Below are positions 1-7,900 of a stretch of 24,410 bases of DNA, one piece after another. A program made the translations under genes and the position numbers. The stretch lies in IMG/VR virus record IMGVR_UViG_3300017922_000013. The stretch is one strand, 5' to 3'. Source of the DNA: a virus. The notes under the pieces are model-generated. The model had not been told where the DNA came from. It searched no databases and saw only the letters and a program-made list of their open reading frames with translations. The first letter of the stretch is position 1. Every line of letters starts with the position of its first letter.

Positions 1-227
1 ATACCCCATGGGGTATTCTGGTGAAATTTGAATTCACCATTATATACTTTATTATTACGCTCACTTTTTTGAACACGATTGTGTAACCATGTTCTTGCTT
101 GATTAAATGCTATTTCAACCGCATTATTAGGCATATTGCAACCATAATCTAAACATTCGCATTGAATGTTGAAGTAGTTGTTTGCTATTCTATGCAAGTA
201 CATTTGTGTAGTGTGTACTGTTTCCAT
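1..227 (-). CDS. hypothetical protein, partial (runs off window start; not in ORF track)
   Basis: Minus-strand ATG at 227 with GGAGTGA RBS at 233-239; reads METVHTTQMYLHRIANNYFNIQCECLDYGCN...HQNTPWG with no stop to base 1. Confidence 0.6.
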   Translation of the reverse strand, partial: METVHTTQMYLHRIANNYFNIQCECLDYGCNMPNNAVEIAFNQARTWLHNRVQKSERNNKVYNGEFKFHQNTPWG

Positions 228-372
228 TTCATTCACTCCATCATTAATTAAAGTAAAATTGATATAACGACAACCTTAAAAAAATGATTTTTGCCGCAGA
301 AATTTCTGCATAGCCCCTGTGGTCATCCTCATATCAAATTTTTTTTTGTCATCTATGGACATATATAGTTTG

Positions 373-428
373 ATATATACATTCAAACATATATATTCAA
401 ATGTATATATTCAAGTGTATGTATCCAG
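373..428. repeat. 14-bp degenerate tandem repeat (3 clear copies, 1 weak)
   Basis: ATTCAA at 381-386, 395-400, 409-414 (exact 14-bp period); units atatatacattcaa/acatatatattcaa/atgtatatattcaa/gtgtatgtatccag. Confidence 0.65.
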
Positions 429-613
429 TAATTGTTAGTTCGTATTCGATTTGATACTAACAATAAATGATAAAATGCTATATCTTATATCGTGGGATGA
501 AATACAATAAGGATATAGTCTTAATAATGTCATATATCCATTTTAGGAGGATTTTTTTAATTTTAGGTATTATACCATTCAAAAATTAAAAAGTCTTAAT
601 ATAATGGATATAT

Positions 614-671
614 GATATTATACTTATTAAAAAATAAAAATAAGTATGAGTGATTAAAAAAAAATAGTTAA
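614..671 (-). repeat. intergenic repeat copy 1 (terminator-like oligo-T plus possible promoter element)
   Basis: gatattatacttattaaaaaataaaaataagtatgagtgattaaaaaaaaatagttaa; near-identical to 1683-1739; includes the TAA stop of 668..865. Confidence 0.9.
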
Positions 672-865
672 TAAAATTCCGCATCAAGCATTTTAACTAA
701 TGCATATCTTAATATTTGTGTACAAATACCACGCTGGGTTTTTACATATTGGTTACTATCCGATTCATATTCGTATATGCTAACTACATAATGGATTATA
801 CCATTGATTAAGCATATACGAAATGAACTTATGCAATTGTTGTTTATCTTGATTTTTGTGTACAT
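668..865 (-). CDS. hypothetical protein (65 aa)
   Basis: ORF with GAGGT RBS upstream on minus strand; flanked by repeat copies. Confidence 0.65.
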   Translation of the reverse strand: MYTKIKINNNCISSFRICLINGIIHYVVSIYEYESDSNQYVKTQRGICTQILRYALVKMLDAEFY

Positions 866-885
866 TTTATACCTCTTAAAATATT

Positions 886-919
886 AAAATAAGTATGAGT
901 GATTAAAAAAAATAGTTAA
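886..919 (-). repeat. intergenic repeat copy 2 (34-bp core)
   Basis: aaaataagtatgagtgattaaaaaaaatagttaa, identical to the core of copy 3 and one A shorter than copy 1. Confidence 0.9.
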
Positions 920-940
920 TCGAGACGTGTTTAACGTCTC
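905..940 (-). terminator. hairpin plus oligo-T terminator candidate after 931..1671
   Basis: Inverted repeat gagacgt (922-928)/acgtctc (934-940) spans the stop; followed on minus strand by AACTATTTTTTTT. Confidence 0.5.
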
Positions 941-1671
941 TCTGTCTCGTCTCTGAATGTCTCTGTATGTGTCTTCCAGTTGCTGTTAGGTAGTGCATGT
1001 TGTAACCATTCATAGTAATCTGACTTAAGATACCTTGTGCCACGTCTATTTTTACCACCCAACACAGACAGCAATTCGTGGACAGTCAGTCTGTCTTTTT
1101 GTACATTCGCCTTAATGTGACCGGTACTAATGTCTATATATGGTCTGACAGTACAATACATACCATTGGTACTGTCCCTAACAATAATAAAGTTCGAGGG
1201 TGTACCATTTGGTCTTGGTGCACCATACATCACCAATTCGTACCTATCATCTAATTTGCTAATCGCCTCACCTAGTGGACTATTAGGCACAAAGCCATTA
1301 ATAAGGCGATATTTAGGTTGTTCGGGTTGTTCGGTCTGTTGTTGGCGAGTCTCCCGAACTGGTTGTTGGTCATCGACAGGGACTAACTTATTGTTAACCA
1401 TAGCGTACAATTTGCCACCTACGTTATAGGTAGTTAATTCGTTACTTGGTTTAACTGGCTGTTGCTGCTTTATGTCCCCTTCCTGTACTGGCTGTTGCTG
1501 TTGTTGCTGAGTACCAACAACATGTTTTTGATACTCATTGAATATCCTATCATTAGTCCAATTCAGGACACTGCGATAGGATTTCATGTTCTTTGCTGTT
1601 GCAATTGCTTTGCTGATGTCTGTTTTAGACATCCCTACAATATCCACTAATTCCTTTGTGTCCATATTCAT
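931..1671 (-). CDS. hypothetical protein with Gln/Pro-rich linkers (246 aa)
   Basis: Long ORF, AGGAG RBS, QQQQQQPVQ and QQQP tracts; no family recognised. Confidence 0.8.
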   Translation of the reverse strand: MNMDTKELVDIVGMSKTDISKAIATAKNMKSYRSVLNWTNDRIFNEYQKHVVGTQQQQQQPVQEGDIKQQQPVKPSNELTTYNVGGKLYAMVNNKLVPVDDQQPVRETRQQQTEQPEQPKYRLINGFVPNSPLGEAISKLDDRYELVMYGAPRPNGTPSNFIIVRDSTNGMYCTVRPYIDISTGHIKANVQKDRLTVHELLSVLGGKNRRGTRYLKSDYYEWLQHALPNSNWKTHTETFRDETERR

Positions 1672-1682
1672 TACTCCTATAC

Positions 1683-1739
1683 GATATTGTACTTATTAAA
1701 AAATAAAAATAAGTATGAGTGATTAAAAAAAATAGTTAA
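1683..1739 (-). repeat. intergenic repeat copy 3
   Basis: gatattgtacttattaaaaaataaaaataagtatgagtgattaaaaaaaatagttaa; differs from copy 1 by one substitution and one A. Confidence 0.9.
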
Positions 1740-1749
1740 ACGCTACACA

Positions 1750-1938
1750 TTAGATAGGGTACAAGTTTTCATCGATGGGGTGTAGTACCCTGCAATTAGG
1801 GCATATTTGATGCCCTTCTATGTACACCCCGTCACCAAACACTTGATAAACGGGGAATTCCGGCTCTACGGGATTGTACCCGCAGGCCGGACAGTGTCCA
1901 TTTGTGTAACTGTTCTGTTCTGAGTATACTGTAGCCAT
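1750..1938 (-). CDS. small zinc-ribbon protein (62 aa)
   Basis: CPACG...CPNC pair; GGAG RBS upstream. Confidence 0.75.
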   Translation of the reverse strand: MATVYSEQNSYTNGHCPACGYNPVEPEFPVYQVFGDGVYIEGHQICPNCRVLHPIDENLYPI

Positions 1939-1954
1939 TTTTAATCATCTCCTT

Positions 1955-2173
1955 TCAATAACCTATTCCATATTCGATATTGTACTTAATACACTCTCTG
2001 AATATGTCCTCATGGGACATTCTTTTAACGTATCCATATGATTTATTCATTTTAGCAGATAGGATACAATTCAATCGCTTTCTGCTTATACCTACTATCT
2101 CTTGTAATTTTTGTGCTGATAGTCTTCTATCACCTATATGCTTATTCAATGTCTCTTTTATTTGTTCATCCAT
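1955..2173 (-). CDS. small basic protein, possible HTH DNA-binding protein (72 aa)
   Basis: GGTGA RBS; LSAQKLQEIVGISRKRLNCIL resembles a helix-turn-helix. Confidence 0.55.
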   Translation of the reverse strand: MDEQIKETLNKHIGDRRLSAQKLQEIVGISRKRLNCILSAKMNKSYGYVKRMSHEDIFRECIKYNIEYGIGY

Positions 2174-2244
2174 TTTTACTCACCTTTTATTCCATATTAT
2201 ATGCTGATTTTAAAAAATCAACACTGCCCTATACGACTGTATAC

Positions 2245-2268
2245 TATATAAACATATCGGTATATAAA
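2245..2268 (-). promoter_or_regulatory. tandem TATA boxes for the leftward operon
   Basis: TTTATATA on minus strand at 2245-2252 and 2261-2268, about 70 nt upstream of ATG 2173. Confidence 0.45.
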
Positions 2269-2653
2269 AGACTATCGGTAAAAAACGATAGCAGTAACGG
2301 TGATTAAAGTTCTTTTAGTTTTAAATGTTAAAGTTTATTTTTATCATATTTGAACCAAACGATAGTACAATTAGGATAAAATACGTTAACCTATTGGTGA
2401 CTATGTGTTAACGATAGGTTATAAACCGATAGCAGTAACCATAATCCAAGTTGATGTGACTAATTATACTTTTAGGTTAATTTAAAATCGATAGCAGTCG
2501 ACTGTTTTTTGTTGTTACTAATGTATATAGGAATAATGTAATTGGTTATGTTGTTGTCGTTTTATCTATCCTTTATCTTATTGTACAATTATGTAGTCTT
2601 CTATTGATATTGGTTTTTATTACAGATAGTATAAGAATATAGATGTTAGGTAG

Positions 2654-2701
2654 ATGTCATCTATTCAATGGTACATTTATGCTTATGTCATCTATTCAAT
2701 G
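2654..2701 (+). repeat. 17-bp perfect direct repeat, 31-bp period
   Basis: atgtcatctattcaatg at 2654-2670 and 2685-2701. Confidence 0.85.
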
Positions 2702-3079
2702 ATGTATTAATATGATACCATAATAGAATAAAAATGTACATAACATTACATCAATGTACATATATGTACATTTACCAAACTATTACTGACAGTAATATTA
2801 CACATAACCATATATAACCACTAGTTATATTTCATTACATGATACATGTACATAGATGTAGACTACATCAAATAACAACTACATGTCTGTATTAATGTAG
2901 GTATGTGTGGATATGTAATAACATGATGTGACATAATGTACATAGGTAGGGAGTGATAGAGTACATAGTCGTGTACATAGGTGGGGCAGTTTATAAATAT
3001 GGTAGTACTATTTTACAACGGCTTAAGAACTCAACATTACACTTGTTGTTAGCGATTGTCTGATTTTGTTACAACGACC

Positions 3080-3220
3080 TAAGCGACTATAAAGCAATAG
3101 TAAGATACTGTAAAGCGATAATAAGCGATTACAAAATAACATAAGCGACAGTAAACAACTGTAAACGATGGTAAGCGAACATAACAATTAATAAGCAATT
3201 ATAAACGTTAGTATATGTAC
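3080..3220 (+). repeat. 10-bp-period degenerate tandem array (consensus about RTAARCGAYW)
   Basis: ataagcgatt/acaaaataac/ataagcgaca/gtaaacaact/gtaaacgatg/gtaagcgaac/ataacaatta/ataagcaatt/ataaacgtta/gtatatgtac in exact register 3121-3220, plus about 4 similar units from 3080. Confidence 0.75.
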
Positions 3221-3288
3221 ACTAATGTAGACGTGCTTTGTTATACAAACGTTAACGTAAGAAGTGTACGAACAGTGTAGGAACAGTC

Positions 3289-3310
3289 TTTGTCCAGACA
3301 GGAGGAGAAA
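3289..3310 (-). promoter_or_regulatory. dispersed dyad motif copy 1
   Basis: Minus strand tttctcctcc-TGTCTGGACA-aa; 19/22 identical to the copy at 4634. Confidence 0.55.
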
Positions 3311-3609
3311 CAACGATTTTACTATCGTAGTATATAAACATTTATAAATAAAACGTCTATTTCAAAATATACACACATCAAAAAAGCAACGATGTAAAGA
3401 CTTAAATTTCATCTAATTTACGTAGTAAAATTATATACGTTAAGATAATCACAGTTAAAAAATATTCATACATGTTAACGGTATTGTACGTTATTACGAT
3501 TGCTAATATAACGTCTATTGTTATTAAAATGATAATAGTTGCAAGCATGTATAAGATTGTTCATGTTAACTCACGACTGTACTTAGGTAGTGTGCGACTG
3601 TTCACGACT

Positions 3610-3634
3610 TGAACCGAAACCGAAGGTCGGTTCA
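3610..3634. other. hairpin with GAA triloop
   Basis: tgaaccga-aa-cc-GAA-gg-tcggttca (8-bp stem, 2-nt bulge, 2 more bp). Confidence 0.5.
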
Positions 3635-3790
3635 GAGTTGTGTGAGTCTATGCACGTATGTCTTAGTATGTTTATGTCTATCGTAGATAGTAGTGTGTAG
3701 TGCGAAACATTGGCAGTACTACTCTACGACTTCATACTATAAATAACTTTCGTTAGAAATAGTTAACATTACAATCAAATTTAGATAGTA

Positions 3791-3823
3791 TAACCGAAAC
3801 ATTTAAATAGTATTAAGAACATA
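3791..3823 (+). promoter_or_regulatory. archaeal BRE/TATA promoter for terS (putative late promoter, probably leaderless)
   Basis: taaccgaaac-a-TTTAAATA-gtattaagaacata; TATA ends 25 nt before ATG 3835; 29/33 identical to 12626-12658. Confidence 0.75.
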
Positions 3824-3834
3824 GATAGTAGCAT

Positions 3835-4626
3835 ATGACGACTAATGGTGAGTCCCAAAAAGGTGCGTTCAATATTCGTATGCGTAGGGCAACTCATCCA
3901 CTAACAGGTAGGATAGACAAAACCAGAACTAACACTAAATGGCGTGAACGTATACAGCAAATGGAGAAGACCTTAGGTTATGTGATATGTGGTGCACTCG
4001 ACAGAAGTACAGGTCAACCATGTCGTAACCAACCTATCGAAGGATACCATCGATGTAAGTTACACCAAGGAAATCCTAAGAAGGTAGAGAAAATTAAGGA
4101 CAACGTGAAAAATAATGTTTATCCACCAAACGTAGGTTATGGTATGAATCTAAACATGTTCGTAAGATGTAGACGTTGTAAAGATTTTGAATGTAAAAAT
4201 CGTATCAACGACAGTGAAAATGACGAATGTGTAATCGAGAAGCAAATCTACGATGACGTTATGGCTTTACGTGAGAAATATAAAATAGATGATGACATAC
4301 TCCAAGGTGGTATGCTTGAATCTGTCGCTTTCCTATTCATAAAAAGATATAGGGCAGAGAAAGCAATCGCAGATGAAGGTATGGTACTTGAAGAAATCGT
4401 AGGATTCGATAACAAAGGTGGTTCGTTTAAGAATAAGAAACCACATCCACTGTTAAAGAATCTTTCAGATATTAACCGTGAACTTAACAACTTTGCTAAG
4501 TCACTGCAATTCTCACCAGAAGCACAGAATAAACTAAACGCAGATAAAGAGATGAATGATTCTGCTAACGTTATCGCTGGTATACTTAAAGATGCACATA
4601 AGAAAAGATTGGCAGAAGATGAGTGA
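3835..4626 (+). CDS. terS: terminase small subunit with N-terminal Zn-finger
   Basis: CGALDRSTGQPCRNQPIEGYHRCKLHQG (HGGxSTG-like Zn finger), second Cys cluster, and C-terminal KPHPLLKNLSDINRELNNFAKSLQFSPEAQ resembling P27-type TerS; first gene of the late arm. Confidence 0.65.
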   Translation: MTTNGESQKGAFNIRMRRATHPLTGRIDKTRTNTKWRERIQQMEKTLGYVICGALDRSTGQPCRNQPIEGYHRCKLHQGNPKKVEKIKDNVKNNVYPPNVGYGMNLNMFVRCRRCKDFECKNRINDSENDECVIEKQIYDDVMALREKYKIDDDILQGGMLESVAFLFIKRYRAEKAIADEGMVLEEIVGFDNKGGSFKNKKPHPLLKNLSDINRELNNFAKSLQFSPEAQNKLNADKEMNDSANVIAGILKDAHKKRLAEDE

Positions 4627-4633
4627 GCAAGTC

Positions 4634-4657
4634 TCTCTCGTCCTGTCTGGACTAAGA
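4634..4657 (+). promoter_or_regulatory. dispersed dyad motif copy 2 (intergenic)
   Basis: tctctcgtcc-TGTCTGGACT-aaga; 22/24 identical to 12155-12178. Confidence 0.6.
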
Positions 4658-4670
4658 TAGGTGATGACAC

Positions 4671-4904
4671 ATGATAGAAAACTTTGATTTATATGCAGTT
4701 GCAACAGCGATAGGTACACTATTTTTATCTTCTGCATTTGCATTAATTAAGTACAATAAATATAAAGCGTTGTTTAATGAGTTAGTGGATTTGTTTGTAG
4801 CAATACGTGACGCATACAAGGATGATGAGATAAGCAAAGACGAAGTTGAATTTATTATCGATGAAGCAAACGACTTCCTTGAAGAACTTGGTATAGTAAG
4901 GTGA
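4671..4904 (+). CDS. small membrane protein (possible holin-like)
   Basis: GGTGA RBS; N-terminal hydrophobic helix followed by acidic tail. Confidence 0.6.
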   Translation: MIENFDLYAVATAIGTLFLSSAFALIKYNKYKALFNELVDLFVAIRDAYKDDEISKDEVEFIIDEANDFLEELGIVR

Positions 4905-4908
4905 TATA

Positions 4909-7900
4909 ATGCCATATCTTAACCATAGCAACAATGCATCGACAACATTAATATCCGATGTTGGTGAGACAGACAATAGCATTTCGTTGGGTACTGGCGA
5001 AGGTGACCAGTTCCCATCATCTGATTTTCGTGTAACTATTTGGAACGCAGGTACTTATAGTAATCCAGCCGATGACACAACGATGGAAATAATACATGTT
5101 GGTTCACGTTCTGGTGACACTCTTTCTAACTTGACACGTGGTGTTGAGGGTACATCTGCATCCGTACATTACGCAGGGCATACTTTAGCAAACCTGTTGA
5201 CAGCAGGCACATTCCATGACAGTAATTATGGTCTTGAGAACTATCTGCATGACAAAACGACTACAATCGCTGAGATAACCGATGCAGGTACGTTAGCAAC
5301 GGCAGATGTAATTAAGGCTAATGATATAGACGCTGAATCCTCTCTGTCTGGACAAGTGCTTACATCAGATGGTGCTGGCAATGCAACATGGCAAGACCAA
5401 ACTACATTAACAGATGAAGACGTTGAAGATATTGTAGGTTCACTTGTTGTCGGTGGTACAAACATAACTGTCACTTATTCGGATGTTGACGGTACATTGA
5501 CTATATCAAACGATATAGATATTGACCAGACGCCTGCTGATGGTAACACAAATAATCCTATATCATCTGATTACATGTACGACCACGTAAACGCAAGTGA
5601 CGCACACCACTCACGTTACACTGATGCAGAAGCACGGGCAGCAACAGATGGTCAGATAGATGCAGACACAGTTGACGGTGCACAACTGGCAGACATTCAG
5701 GCAGAGATTGACGGAGACATCTCTACACATGCCAGTATTGCTGATGTACATCACGCTAAGTACACTGACGGTGAAGCGATCGCTGCTATCAACGGAGATA
5801 CTGATCACGGCAGCACTGCTCAACATGATTACCGGACTGATGAAGAAATCAGGGATACAATAGCCAGTTTCGTGGTCGGCGGAACCAACGTAACGATAAC
5901 ACACGATGATGAAAACAACACTCTGACTTTCGAGTCGGTTGATACGAATACGTGGCGAGACGTAGATGATGTACCGGTCGATGGTGCAACCAATGTTAGT
6001 GTCTCGAGCAATTGGGCTTACGATCATGAGAACGATGTCAATGCTCACCATGCCAAGTACACTGACGCCGAAGCCAGAGCAGCAACAGACGGTCAGATCG
6101 ATGCAGACACCGTTGATGGTGCTCATCTGGTTGACATTCAAAATGAGATTAACGGAGATATTTCAACGCACGCTGGAGATGCCGATGCTCATCATACACG
6201 ATATACTGATGCTGAAGCAATAAGTGCAGTTGCTGCTGCCGATGATTATGTTAAAAACACTGGTGACACCGTTACAGGCGACATTCTAATAGATTCAAAC
6301 ACTAGTACATATGGTCTTATTGTAAGTAGGGACGGTCAAATAAATGTACAAAGGATTAAAACTACAGTTGGTGACACATCCGTAGATCATGAGTATATCA
6401 ATGACGAAGAAAACGGTAATATAATATGGACTATTGAAAATCTTGATACAGAGGCATCAGACGGTTCGTTATATAATTACAGCCAGCTTAAATTTTTTAG
6501 CGATAATATAGATACATATTTATCACTAAATGATAATAAATTTTTCCACGAAGGCTTCATGGGTTCTGGTTCCGGACTAGATGCTGATACAGTTGACGGA
6601 TCTGAACTTTCAGATATTCAGTTAGAAATTGATAATGATATAAGTACTCATGCAAGTGATGTAGATGCACATCATACCAATGCAAATGATCCTACTCCTG
6701 ATGAAAAAGCAGCGATGACCAATGCCAACACACCATCTTCGAGTAATCCCTTTGCGACAATGGATAATGTTGGAACACCCCTGAGTATGATGCCTGTTGG
6801 ATTTGAATGGGATAGGGACAGTAGTTCACCGTCATTGAGGCAAATTGATATTAATGGTAATACCATCAATCCAGATACATCATTTTTTGATAACCATGCT
6901 ATATGGGGAAACATTTGGCGGTGTGTAATTGATCCTGCAACAGGTGAAGTTACTTATGGAAGCAATCCTAGAGGCGATGGACTTGACCTTACAGGTGCAT
7001 CTGGTAATGTAATGGTAAGGTTGCCTGCATTTGATGTTAAATATTATGCAGATAGTAGATACATTAGGATTTGGTTATCACCTGTAAGATTGTCAGGATT
7101 TGAGAGATTCCCAAATACACGTATGAGAGGTGGAGTAGAAGTACCGGAAATGTTCATTTCTGCATTCGAAGCATCCGGATTTGATGATGCGGGTACATTC
7201 AAACTACAATCAGCCACCGGGAAAACACCCGTGACCGGAGGAGTTGCGTATCCCGATTTGCCAAACTCGGGCAGATTCACGATAGATGATGCAGAAACAT
7301 ACGCAAACAACATTGGTTCGGGATACGGAACTATGAATATATGGACAATGTCTGCAATCCGGTTATTGTTCTATACTGAAATGGGTAGTCTGAATAGTCA
7401 AACCGCACTTGGCAGGGGTGTAGTAGATTTAGATGGTGGTACTGGGTTTGCAGGACTCAACACAGGTGCAGATTCAGCAGATAGCAATATTGGAACAAAT
7501 GGAACGGGTACGGGTACAGGTACAGACGGAGAGACACCCATCGTCTATCGTGGTATCGAAAATCTCTGGGGGAATGTATGGCAATACGTGATTGGATACA
7601 ATGAAGTTGATGCGGAACACCGTATCACAAAACAGGATGGTACCGGCACACTTGCAGGAGACCTTGCAGCAGGGGAATATGAGGCCAGCAATGTTTCACC
7701 AATTACAACCAATGGATACCAATCAGATGTACTGACAGAAAATCTATTGCAATATCTGATGATTCCGAATTCAGTGACAGGCAGCAGCAGTACATATCTA
7801 TGTGATTATTTCTATGCGCATGATGCAGGAGAAACAAACATTCTGCTCTCCGGCGGGCTTTGGTATGAGGGGTCGAATGCGGGGGTCGGTTCTCTGGCTT

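Larger units (their letters stand above)
2174..3834. other. 1.66-kb non-coding control region between divergent arms (candidate origin/packaging region)
   Basis: No credible ORF; direct repeats CGATAGCAGT (2286, 2427, 2489), ATGTCATCTATTCAATG (2654, 2685), several palindromes and phased arrays. Confidence 0.6.

Noticed and set aside
614-1739. CRISPR array interpretation of the three repeats
   Set aside because: Spacers are 214 and over 760 bp and contain whole genes; repeats are A-rich and not CRISPR-like.
1130-2307. Plus-strand ORFs 1130, 1462, 1980 and 2113
   Set aside because: Antisense shadows of RBS-supported minus-strand genes.
2654-2701. Mini-CRISPR from the 17-bp direct repeat
   Set aside because: Only two copies with a 14-nt spacer, too short for a CRISPR unit.
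3030-3200. Open minus-strand frame of about 55-60 codons across the 10-bp array
   Set aside because: No ATG or RBS; openness is explained by repeat composition.
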